A DNA stretch of 64,000 bases from Picochlorum sp. SENEW3 (lineage: Eukaryota). The notes beneath the pieces were generated by a model, which saw only the letters and a program-made list of their open reading frames with translations, made no database searches and was not told the origin of the DNA. Where the stretch lies: assembly GCA_034226945.1 (NCBI GenBank), contig CP120464.1, forward strand, positions 1-64,000, read 5' to 3'. Position 1 is the stretch's first letter, and each line of letters opens with the position of its first letter. Positions 23,220-33,404 of this stretch are shown here, piece by piece. The position numbers and the translations under genes are program-made.

Positions 23220-24066
23220 TTAACTATTATTATTCTTCCTCAAAAACAGAGAGGATATCAACGCGATACCCGTGGCAATGACAGCAATAGCAGCCTTGGG
23301 ATTCAACTTGCCAGCCCTCTTACAGACTAGAAACCCATGCGTCTTCCTTCCCCCATGCACACCTGCATCATGCTCCGCTACCGTTCCGTTTTGATGCAAT
23401 TCCATAAGCTGCATTTGGTGCATACCCATCGCAAAAGACAGTAACCTCGCGTCCACCTCGACACCTTCCCTGCGCTTCCTGTCCAACAACCACGGTAACA
23501 AATCATTCCACGGTGCAAATTCTACAGAAATAAACTCCCCATCGTGCAGCTCCTGACTCACATTCCTATTCTCCTCCGAATCCAGATCAATCTCAACCAC
23601 AGCCATCATCATATTCGCATTCGTTATCCCAGGATCATTGAAACACACTGGCGTCACTGTGAGAATTTTCCCATGATACCCAGTCTCCTCTTTTAATTCC
23701 CTGATCGCTGCAACCCCCGCATCCTCCCCTTCATCAATCAACCCCGCAGGCATTTCTAAACAATTGCTCCCCACCGCTGGCCGATACTGCGAGATCACCA
23801 ACGCCTGAGGCTCCTTGTTTTTCTGCACTGCTCTAGCAACCACAGCAACGGCGTCCACACCACTAGACGCCGTTGTTCGCCGCTCCACGCTCTCCCAAAA
23901 TCGACTTCGACCAACAGGATCAACCCACTACACACCAATCTCCCCAATAAGGCGCAATCACAAGGGTTTCGTTAAACAATTGTCGCACCTCGATCCGCTT
24001 CAGACTCAACCAACTGAACCCATGAGGTCCGAAATCTTGTTTCGTTTTAATATATGGTTTCGACAT
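23220..24066 (-). CDS. ADP-ribose pyrophosphatase (NUDT5/YSA1-type Nudix) with C-terminal hydrophobic tail; exons 24066-23989, 23927-23220
   Basis: QYRPAVG, EMPAGLIDEGE...AAIRELKEETGY Nudix box, DPGITNAN, QELHDGEFI; intron 23988-23928. Confidence 0.88.
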
Positions 24067-24238
24067 TGTGGTAGATTGACACGGTATTCCGAGAAAAAAA
24101 ATTACATTTCGGTATGTACAACACGAGTGGGTCGACTGGACTTGTTTCATTTTGAAAACAAAATTGGTTCTTGTCCATGCGTGAATCCATCACCTAGATC
24201 TGCCATGCAATAACAGAGAAATCATCAACGTAACAGAT

Positions 24239-25688
24239 ATGGCTCAAGTAATGCGCCAGGGGCTTGGCAGACAGTGGTGGTGGAAGAGAGTGTTGGGAAC
24301 ACAGAGTATATCTGGAGGTGGGATTCTTGCTCAAGAGGACGGAGATGGTGATCATCGCACGGTGTCCATTGATCGATCTGGGCTCATTCTACCGAATCGA
24401 TCGGAGGACAAGGACAGCAACGCTGGGCAACACAAGGTGGACAAGGAACAGGAGACTGAATTAGTCAAGCATCTCCAGTCTCTTATACAGGTAGGGCAAT
24501 GTGCTGTGTTATGTATGCATTGTCATCCTTTAGAGACAAAATATCTCCTCTCGTAATCCTGCGCAGTTTCGAGGAGGACCGCTCACCATTGCAGAATACA
24601 TGTCAGAGGTGTTGACACACCCCACAGAGGGATATTATACCACGAGAGAGCATGTGTTTGGGTCGTCTGGGGATTTTGTCACATCTCCAGATATTTCACA
24701 AATGTTTGGAGAAATGATTGGGATTTGGTGCGTGGCCATGTGGCAGCAGTTGGGGTGTCCCAAGAAGCTCATGCTTGCAGAGTTGGGCCCAGGGAAGGGA
24801 ACCTTGATGGCAGACGTCCTTCGTGGCACTGCTCCATTCAAGGATTTTAATAGAGCATTAGAAGTTCACCTTGTTGAGGTGAGCCCACGGTTGAGATCGC
24901 TGCAGGCTGAATCCCTGGGATGCCATGCCCCATCGTTCTCATCCTCCTATGGACCCACTGTGAGCTGGTGGAGTACTCTGGATGACGTGCCTTCGCCGCC
25001 TGATACACCCGTCTTATACATTGGCCATGAGTTTTTAGACGCTTTGCCCATCCATCAATTCGTCAAAAAGCCGAATGGGTCGTGGCATGAGGTTGTTGTG
25101 GATATATGCAAGGAAGCACACGATCCAAAGCACTTTCGCTTAGTCTTATCTCCCCATGACACGTTTGCATCCAAAACTGTTCTTCCATCACGACTTCAGG
25201 ACATTGATCGCGAGCGCATACAGCAATTAGACTCGATCGAAATCAGCCCAGCATGCATTGGCCTTGCTGATGGGTTGGCAACCAGAGTTGCACAGCAGGG
25301 CGGTGCCGCCCTCCTCATCGACTACGGACAAGACGGACCGTACGAAAATAGTATTGTAGCCATCAGGAACCACGAATTCGTAGACCTACTCTCCCATCCG
25401 GGCCAGGCAGATGTCAGTGCATATGTAGACTTTGATGCCATGAGGACTGCTGTGAAGAGCAACCCATACAATGCCATCGTCGACATGCATGGCCCCATCG
25501 ATCAATCTGTATTCTTAAAGTCCTTGGGTATAGACTCGAGGCTACAATCTCTGATGGAGGTGGCAGATGCCAAGCAACAACAGGCACTGCTGGATGGGTA
25601 TAAAAGGCTCATTGGCAGTCCTGGCATGGGAGATCGATACAAGGCTATCTGTATAGGCAGCAAAACCACCATTCCAATCACATTTTAA
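24239..25688 (+). CDS. NDUFAF7: NDUFAF7/MidA protein arginine methyltransferase, mitochondrial; intron 24491-24566
   Basis: GPLTIAEYM, GDFVTSPDISQMFGEMIG, ELGPGKGTLM, HEFLDALP, LLIDYG, PGQADVSAYVDF. Confidence 0.93.
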
Positions 25689-25748
25689 TTAAACCTCTGG
25701 AATGTAATTGAGGAGGATCGAGTCAGAACAGAAACGTAGGGAACAACA

Positions 25749-26709
25749 ATGTCGATACAGCACTGCTCTGCAACCACAGCAATAGATGCATGCCCTGCCA
25801 TCCTTACGACACATAGATTTTCAAAAAGATATCGATCGACATATGCTCGGGGGACACGGGCGATTGGAGGTGCAAGAGAAAACGTGTCACTTGTGGGTGC
25901 CCCTTCTAGCTCGAGACAGCGTCGCCGAGGTCACCAGGTACGACGATTTCACTGCCTCATATTGATCATTCATGGATTGAGGGTGGAATGAATGTGCCAT
26001 GTAGGGCAAGCTAGAGGCAAGGACACATTCTTCAGCTTTAGAGTCTACAGATTTTCCACTGGAGCCTTCTGACGACGAGGAAGACGAGCAACTCCAGATT
26101 CCGGATGTTGCGAGACAGAATTTGGAGAACGCATGGAGCATCTGCAAGCGCTATGGATGGATATCCTTTTGGTTTCAAATGGTGTTGACAGTTGTTGCTG
26201 GCGTCATCATTCTCTTCTCCATGGCATTCACATCCCAGCAGGGCCCTCAGGTGTCGCTCTACTTGACATTATTCGGTGTTGTGACCGGATTTCTGTCTAC
26301 ATTTTGGTCCTTTGGATACGTCCGACTGGCCAGGAAATTGCGAACCTTTCTTGATTCTGATGGTGCTGGGAATGCCCCTCGAGTCAGGCGTAGTGATGTC
26401 ATCAACATGCTAGAAAAGGGGGCTATTATCAACATACTTGGAGCGGGTGCGTCGGTGATTGGTCTCCAAGCGACTATTGGTCTCTTGGTGGCGAAAACCC
26501 TCACAACAGCCACAGTCAACCCATTCCTGGCCTCCAACACAAACACATGGAACCCAGTGTTGGCATTCGATGTATTCAATGTCCAAGCAACCACCAACAC
26601 CCTCCTCTCTCACTTCTTCTCGCTGATAGTGTCGCTATGGCTGCTTAGGAGAATAGTAAATCGGCCATCCGCAGCTCGTGTCGCCATCAAAAAGACCCCC
26701 TTGGTATGA
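25749..26709 (+). CDS. TIC21: TIC21/PIC1 (DUF3611) chloroplast envelope protein; intron 25938-26004
   Basis: FWSFGYVRLA, GLQATIGLLVAKTLT, PVLAFDVFNVQATTNTLLSHF. Confidence 0.85.
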
Positions 26710-26807
26710 CCTGTAGGTACTTTTTTTATTCTTTTTTTGGCATTGTCGTATTTGAATAGTAATATACAAGGATAATAGACATTTACATCGACACATATAT
26801 ATGTAAT

Positions 26808-27770
26808 ATGGTGAAAAACATACTGATCATCGGGGGAAGCGGATATTTGGGTCGATTTCTGGTGGGTCATTTTCAGAACAGTCCCTCAGTATGCGTCGGA
26901 TACACATCGCACTCGACTTCGCAGGTATTACATTTTGACAATCAAACAGTACGTCATCATAGGATTGATCTAGAGACTGGGGATGGACTAGAAGACTGTA
27001 TGACAACTGTCAAGCCAGTTGTTGTCATACATTGTGCTGCCATCTCGTCGCCAAAAGCCTGCGAGGAGAATCCAGAGCATGCTGAGGCGATCAATGTACC
27101 AACCCATCTGATATCATGCTTGAAATCGATGGATAGTACGCCCCTGCTGATTCATTTGTCGACAGATCAGGTGTATGGAGGGTCCCTGGCCAATTCTTCA
27201 GAGACGGATCCGATCGACCCAAAGAATACCTATGCTCTGTCGAAATACAAGGGTGAAGAGTATACTCGACAGAATTGGGACAATTACGTGATACTTCGAT
27301 CGAGCATCATATACGGTCCGGAGATTCCTCCTGGTGCATCTCATGGGGTGGGAAGGCCACTCTTTGTCCAATTCGTGCAACAATGCCTCGAGAAACGACA
27401 GTCTACCACATTTTTCACCGACGAATGGAGAAACCCTGTATATGTGGGAGATATTGTAGACGCTTGTGCCTATTTTGCGGGCAAGGCAGGGGAAGGGCAG
27501 AGGCAGGAGGTGTACAATTGTGGGGGCCCAGAAAGGCTATCCAGATTTGACATGGCCATGGCCATTGCAGAAAGGTATTGCAGCTCGACGGCAGTCGGAT
27601 CAGAGGAGGAAAAGGAGCGAATACAGCAATGTATTGTTCCTGCGTCTACAAAGGATGCCACAAATAGAGGATACACATCTCCACCTGATATCTCCATGGT
27701 GTCCACAAAGTTGGAACATGAACTTGGCAAATCCATGACCAGTTTCTGTGATGGCATCACACTGCTATGA
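26808..27770 (+). CDS. RmlD-like NAD(P)-binding protein (dTDP-4-dehydrorhamnose reductase/MAT2B-like)
   Basis: GGSGYLG, IHCAA, HLSTDQVY, YALSK, FFTDEWRNP. Confidence 0.85.
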   Translation: MVKNILIIGGSGYLGRFLVGHFQNSPSVCVGYTSHSTSQVLHFDNQTVRHHRIDLETGDGLEDCMTTVKPVVVIHCAAISSPKACEENPEHAEAINVPTHLISCLKSMDSTPLLIHLSTDQVYGGSLANSSETDPIDPKNTYALSKYKGEEYTRQNWDNYVILRSSIIYGPEIPPGASHGVGRPLFVQFVQQCLEKRQSTTFFTDEWRNPVYVGDIVDACAYFAGKAGEGQRQEVYNCGGPERLSRFDMAMAIAERYCSSTAVGSEEEKERIQQCIVPASTKDATNRGYTSPPDISMVSTKLEHELGKSMTSFCDGITLL

Positions 27771-27809
27771 GTATTTTCATTCATTCATGTAGTACATACA
27801 CCCCCCATT

Positions 27810-28265
27810 TCATGATGGCTTGCTTGCAGGAGCCATAGAAGAAGAAGAAGAAGGCAGTTTCAGTTTCAACTTCTTCTTGGCCATGGCACCCACCTTCAAA
27901 CTAATCTTCGTCTTGCTCTTCTCCCCCTCCTCCTTTATCTTCTGTCGTGTCCCTGTAGGAGGCTGCCCAAGCATGCTCGTATCCATGAGCACACCATCCC
28001 CTACCTCTGCCTGACCACCACCCCGCAGGGTGTTCAGCAGTGCAGCATCGTCAGACTCTGTCAACAAGGCAAAAGTTGGCGCAGCCTGAGAAGGAAACTT
28101 CTCAGCAAGAGGTCCAAGATCAAACCTACTCTTCTCTCTCCGAAGAGGTTCATAGAATGGTATGTTCTGCAAGTAATCTCCCCGAGTGAAATCCTCTCCA
28201 AGAACGTGACGCATTAACGACGTCAGTCCATGCGACTCTACTGGATCCATATGGATGGATGCCAT
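27810..28265 (-). CDS. Small protein with Lys-rich tail, possibly Mediator subunit 19
   Basis: 151-aa ORF; 'DYLQNIP...DLGPLAEKFP...FALLT' plus basic C-terminus loosely resemble MED19. Confidence 0.4.
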   Translation of the reverse strand: MASIHMDPVESHGLTSLMRHVLGEDFTRGDYLQNIPFYEPLRREKSRFDLGPLAEKFPSQAAPTFALLTESDDAALLNTLRGGGQAEVGDGVLMDTSMLGQPPTGTRQKIKEEGEKSKTKISLKVGAMAKKKLKLKLPSSSSSMAPASKPS

Positions 28266-28813
28266 ATATGAATGTAAATAATTATTCAGGAAGGGGTGGA
28301 AATCATGCGCATTGGATGTCAGGCAGGGAATGCCAATTAATTACAGTTGTGTGGGTTACAGCACCATGCTGTAATAATAATCCTCCTTCATTATGGAGGA
28401 TGAGATGTCGACATCTCCCCGTCGATCGACGGAGGCTGCAATTGGATATTGTATCATCCCCGGTGGAGGAGCAAACTGCAATTACCCCCAAGTATCCAAG
28501 CTATGTATGATCCTCCCCCTGGCATTGCCAGCCTGGCAATGGTGGAGGGTGCCAAGAAAATCAGTGCAATGCTTTGGCTGTAGAAAATGGCATGTCTGCT
28601 GCTTGTGCACAGTTGTTCGTACATAGAATTTACACATATCTCTTGAGATTATTTTGATAATCGCTTGGCCAGAGCAAGCTTGCTTAGCCTTAAGGGTTTG
28701 GGCAAAGTCGCTTTAGCTTGCAAGTGCCGTCCTTCATGTGACAACATCGCGAGAATCTTGTTTCATTTCTCATTGTGAAACCATCGTATCAGCTAATAAT
28801 AGGAGCTCAGAAG

Positions 28814-30637
28814 ATGGCCCTCCCTTTACACGAGCTGTACAAAGACAGAGATGTCTGGGAGTTTTGGAGGGAGACTGGGGCGTTTTCGGACGCTATTCCC
28901 CGTATATGTGACCACATAGAGACTTTAATTCTACGCTATGGGGCATTGTACGGCTTGGTGGTGTGGCTGGGGACCGATGGGAAGCTGTATATGGTTTCCA
29001 GCAGGAACTTGGGGCTTGCCTTTAGGCTCATACCCTTGAGGCTTTTGAAGCAAGGTCTGAGGCCCTATGTCGCTGAGATCCTCGGATATCGACCCCATTG
29101 GGTTGATTGCATCAAAGTGAAGAATATATATGGACGAGGGAGCCAGGATAAGAGGGGAAATAGCAAAGGATATCACAATAAGAAGGCTGCTTTCTCCCTG
29201 CTGCAGAAGAGGCTAGGAAAGTCGCAGGACTTGCCTGTTCTGGCCGTAGTATATGCAAACGATAAATATCTAACGCTTTGTCACCCTCAAAAAGACACTG
29301 CGATGCAGAATTTAATGGACAAGGTGATACATTACTACAAATCTTTGTCAACGCAAATCAAGCCTAATTTCTCCTTGTTCCCTCCCTCTTCACAGATTGA
29401 CAGCACTCAGGGCCCTAAAAGAGCACCAAATACATCTTGTGGTACGAGTTCATCGAAAAAGAAGCCCAAAACAGGGTGTGAGCAGCCTTCAGGAGATGAG
29501 GCTATGGAGTCTGTGCCTCCCTCAGGCTCGCTGGAGTGGTATTGCCGCGCGATCGAGAGTCCTAATGGTACAGGAGTTACTCCTCTAATCAAAAAAGGAA
29601 GGATCTATGAATGGGCGTTCGCAGATGCGCGAATTCACGGGACTGGGGTAGATATGAAGGTCCATCACAACATGCTCGTTGTGGTGGAGTCTGGACATAA
29701 CATTACGGAGCACATGCGCTGCTCTTGTGCTGTATTTCGTAATCAGTTTGAGCCTAAGCGATGTGTGCATACGTTGTATGTACGTGCGAACTGGGAACAT
29801 CTGCGCAGCATGGCATTTGCAAAGGAAGATGATGTGGTGACCATCAAACAAAATAACTCCAGCACTGTTTGCTATTATGTGGATGGCTGCTTCGTCAGAA
29901 CTCAAGGAAATAAGGGTCTGCGCTGTGACTCAGATAAATCATATAGTTGTCGCCATATCGCTCGAGTGCGGGAGGCATTGCACCTGGTGGTGGAGCCTGG
30001 AGAGGAAGAGAGTGCATGCACACCTGATTCCTATGCTTTCTCCTCTGATGATGACGGGGCAGAAGTCCTATCTCTGAATCCATGGATATCAAAGATAGCA
30101 AAAACGATTCAACAAATTCATTATCCCTATTGCGACGAAGTGAAGCGGGGAGTCATGGAACGGCTGCTGTTTGGCTTTTCAAGAGACAAGGAAGGAACTC
30201 CACTTGGGCCCCTGCAGCCACGTATTCCCATTTCGATCAAGTGCAAGTGTGGCCTTTCTTACAATAGGAGGGGCTATAAAGAGACAGATCCTGTCACGGT
30301 CTACATGAGAGCGCCGCACTGTGCCCAATCACTGCCTTGCATGGTGTTGAAGTGCCAGAGAGGTGAACCAGAATGCACGTTGCATTATACAGGGCCACAA
30401 GATGGCTTGTGGCGGGCCTCCAAGACAGTGGCGATAGAGCTAGACTTGCTAGTACGATGTGCAAAGGATTCTGTTAGATTTGATGGGCAGTCGCTTACGG
30501 CACACCGAGACAGCATCAGTGACCTGTATGATATGGTCTCTAACAGCATCCCTACTGTGAGTTTCCTGGAGGCCAGTGCGTTCAGAGAGGCAGTGTACGG
30601 CATTGATCGCTTTCTACATCATGATTGTTATTTCTAG
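28814..30637 (+). mobile_element. KDZ (Kyakuja-Dileera-Zisupton) transposon-derived ORF: SWIM-like zinc fingers plus CxC4-like cluster, no catalytic transposase domain visible
   Basis: CSC-x11-CVH (29714-29770), second C-x7-CRH (29924-29956), C-terminal 'CKCG...VTVY...C..C.LHYTGPQDGLW...ELDLL...FREAVYG...YF'; intronless; no TIR or TSD found. Confidence 0.6.
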
Positions 30638-30859
30638 GAGGGTGTGAGGACACTATATGCTGCAATTTCATCAAAAGCCCATGTTGTCTTGTGCTGTAAA
30701 AGAAAGAACTTCGATCGAATGGTCACGTTCATGGGACCATCACCTTCTTCTTCTTCATCGTCTTGGAGATCCCTTGGCTTGTATGACAAACCTGGTACGA
30801 TTCACTTCGAAACATTCCTATTTCACCAGGAATGGCCGATCAATCCATAGAGTTTCATT

Positions 30860-32239
30860 ATGGAAGGCTTTTATATTGTTTTATTCGTAGTCCAAGCTGT
30901 TTTGGCTGGATATTTGGAATCTCATAATGTAGCACGAAAGGAGAGCAAGCATGGGGATGCTCCGAAGGATTTTGTTCAATTTAAGAATAACTATTTACTC
31001 GTATATTCGATGATGATGGCAGGGGACTGGCTGCAGGGCCCCTACGTCTACGCCTTGTACGAGCATTACGGATTTGGTCGAGGAGACATTGGTCGCTTGT
31101 TTATTGCTGGGTTTGGCTCATCGATGATTTTTGGGACCATTGTGGGAAGTCTGGCAGACAATCATGGGAGGAAGAGGGCTGCGTTGACATATGTGGTGTC
31201 GTATATGCTTGGATGCTTTACCAAGCATGTCAATTCGTTCTGGGTGCTCTTCATGGGGCGCGTGTTTTGTGGTGTGGCCACGTCTCTGTTGTACTCTGCT
31301 TTCGAGTCATGGCTGGTTGGAGAACATTTCAAAAGAAACTACGAAGCTGATTGGCTGGGTGGTATTTTCTCTCAGGCAGTGTTCTTGGGAAATGGGTTGA
31401 TGGCCATTGTGAGCGGGCTGTTTGCCCACTCCCTTGTGGAGACCTTTGCGCTCGGCCCGGTGGCGCCGTTCGATGCTGCTGCTCTCGTGCTTGGTATCGG
31501 AGGAATCATCATTTTCAGCACATGGTCGGAGAATTATGGGGATGCTTCCCATAGGAACAAGAATCAGCAGGAAATTTTCAAAAAGGCTGCTGGGGTGATC
31601 ATGGCAGACCCCAAGATTGCGCTGCTGGGCGTTATGCAGGCCTTGTTCGAGGGTTCCATGTATACGTTTGTGTTTTTATGGACACCAGCGCTGAGCCCGA
31701 ATGGGGAGCATATCCCCCATGGCATGGTGTTTGCGTGCTTCATGGTGTCCTGCATGGTTGGATCGGCATTCACAGGAAAGCTCCTTTCCAAATCCAGCAC
31801 CATCCCTCCAGAGAAGTATATGCAGCTTGTGTTTGGGCTCGCATCCGCCTGCCTTGCGGTACCGGTTCTCTTCGCTGGATCCGACTCGAGCAACATGATG
31901 AGCGAGGGCATCTCTTGGAATGGGAAAATCCAACTGATTGCCTTTTGCTGTTTTGAAGGCCTTGTTGGTATCTTCTGGCCCTCCATGATGACCCTTCGAT
32001 CTCAGTACGTTCCAGAAGACCTCCGCTCTACCATTATCAACTTTTTTAGGATCCCATTGAATCTGTTTGTCTGCGTGGTTCTGTACAATGTCAGCAGCCT
32101 ACCATTGTCAGCCATGTTTGGCATGTGCTCCTTCTTCCTGCTGGTATGCATGGTGTGCCAAAACCGCTTTGCAAACATTGTTGCGCAGCATAAGAATGAT
32201 GAACCACAGTCAAAAGATCTCTTGGCAAATGCCACCTGA
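30860..32239 (+). CDS. MOT2: Molybdate-anion transporter MOT2/MFSD5 (MFS)
   Basis: YSMMMAGDWLQGPYVYALY, LFIAGFGSS, SLLYSAFESW, FEGSMYTFVFLWTP, NFFRIPLN. Confidence 0.92.
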   Translation: MEGFYIVLFVVQAVLAGYLESHNVARKESKHGDAPKDFVQFKNNYLLVYSMMMAGDWLQGPYVYALYEHYGFGRGDIGRLFIAGFGSSMIFGTIVGSLADNHGRKRAALTYVVSYMLGCFTKHVNSFWVLFMGRVFCGVATSLLYSAFESWLVGEHFKRNYEADWLGGIFSQAVFLGNGLMAIVSGLFAHSLVETFALGPVAPFDAAALVLGIGGIIIFSTWSENYGDASHRNKNQQEIFKKAAGVIMADPKIALLGVMQALFEGSMYTFVFLWTPALSPNGEHIPHGMVFACFMVSCMVGSAFTGKLLSKSSTIPPEKYMQLVFGLASACLAVPVLFAGSDSSNMMSEGISWNGKIQLIAFCCFEGLVGIFWPSMMTLRSQYVPEDLRSTIINFFRIPLNLFVCVVLYNVSSLPLSAMFGMCSFFLLVCMVCQNRFANIVAQHKNDEPQSKDLLANAT

Positions 32240-32505
32240 TCCCGTTGCATCATCAGACCACCTGATCTTGGATCTTGCAAGATCCAATTGGATCCAGACA
32301 GAGATGATTTTTGCTTTGACAACAACAAGGAGATGACTCGCGATGCAACCCAATAGCATGTCCATAGTTTTAGTGTACCATATATAAATTGAATACGATT
32401 GTCCATACGAATCCTTGTAACAGTTTGCCGACATGTTCCGAGACATGTCCCGAATTGTTGTAGTATAGTTTGCATCAGTCCGGGTGCACTCAATTGTCAT
32501 AGGGT

Positions 32506-32841
32506 ATGGTGTCAAGATCAATATCATCCCCCAATATGGGCGAGTTGATCCCCCAGCAAGGCGTATGCGGGGAAGATGACCATCTCATGGTCGAGTTGAT
32601 GGCTGCACAGAGGGATGCTGAGCGCATGGAAGAAGCCGTTGCACACAGAGATGTAGTCATATCGAAGATGTCTAGTCTGAGGAGGGCAGAGAAGGAAGGG
32701 TTTGAGGAAACCAAGCACAATCTCTTGGCTGAGGTGGCCCTCCTGCAAGGCACAATACACAAGTTGCGATTGAGATTACAAGAAGAGAAGAAAAAGAATC
32801 GAGAGTTACAAAGAAAATGCTCGAAACGATACCCGATGTGA
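32506..32841 (+). CDS. Hypothetical coiled-coil protein (may have an upstream exon)
   Basis: 111-aa ORF with E/K/R/L heptad-like composition; possible acceptor TCATAG just upstream. Confidence 0.45.
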   Translation: MVSRSISSPNMGELIPQQGVCGEDDHLMVELMAAQRDAERMEEAVAHRDVVISKMSSLRRAEKEGFEETKHNLLAEVALLQGTIHKLRLRLQEEKKKNRELQRKCSKRYPM

Positions 32842-32882
32842 TCCTGCAAGTGGATTCGATGTATAAATCCAATCAGGGGTAA

Positions 32883-33116
32883 TTACCCCTGCTTTTTTTC
32901 CTCTGCTTTTTTTTCCTGAGCCACAGCGGCATCATGTAAAGGTTTATCAAAGATGTACACTCCACTGACGACTCCTACCCTGCAGTATATTCAACAACAA
33001 TGACACATTACTACTGCACATGCATGAAATCCAATGCAAAGAAAGAAATGCACCTACACAGCTGCCAGTAGGTAGTGGGCAGGTCCAGTTCTTCGGAAAG
33101 ACCTCGCCAGTGACAT
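32883..33116 (-). CDS. 51-aa single-TM microprotein, PIGBOS1-like; exons 33116-33058 and 32979-32883
   Basis: GTAGGT...CTGCAG intron 33057-32980; spliced product MSLARSFRRTGPAHYLLAAVVGVVSGVYIFDKPLHDAAVAQEKKAEEKKQG. Confidence 0.78.
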
Positions 33117-33404
33117 GGATCCAGCCTCTTCTATTCGAATTCCTTCACCGAAAAGTCTGCCATGATTATTACTTGAGAATTTGATGTGGACGCAACTGTG
33201 ATGCTTCTTCTATTTCTGAGAGAAGGAAAAAAATTTCGAATTTGGGACATTTCAAATGTCTTGTCACGATTTGAGTTTGCGTTGAGGACGTGATCAAGAA
33301 TATTTTCATGTTTTTTTCTCCTTTCCAAAGATTAGTATTCATTTCATAGATTCAGTTGGTATGAGCAGGGCGGAATTTGAAAAGGGAATGGATGTAACAC
33401 TCCC

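Noticed and set aside
32237..32356. Open frame continuing 38 codons after the MOT2 TGA (readthrough or selenocysteine)
   Set aside because: The transporter is complete at the stop, no SECIS was recognised, and this length is common by chance
32889..32916. Hairpin plus T-tracts resembling a bacterial intrinsic terminator
   Set aside because: The T-tracts are the antisense of EKK codons of the microprotein; the host is eukaryotic
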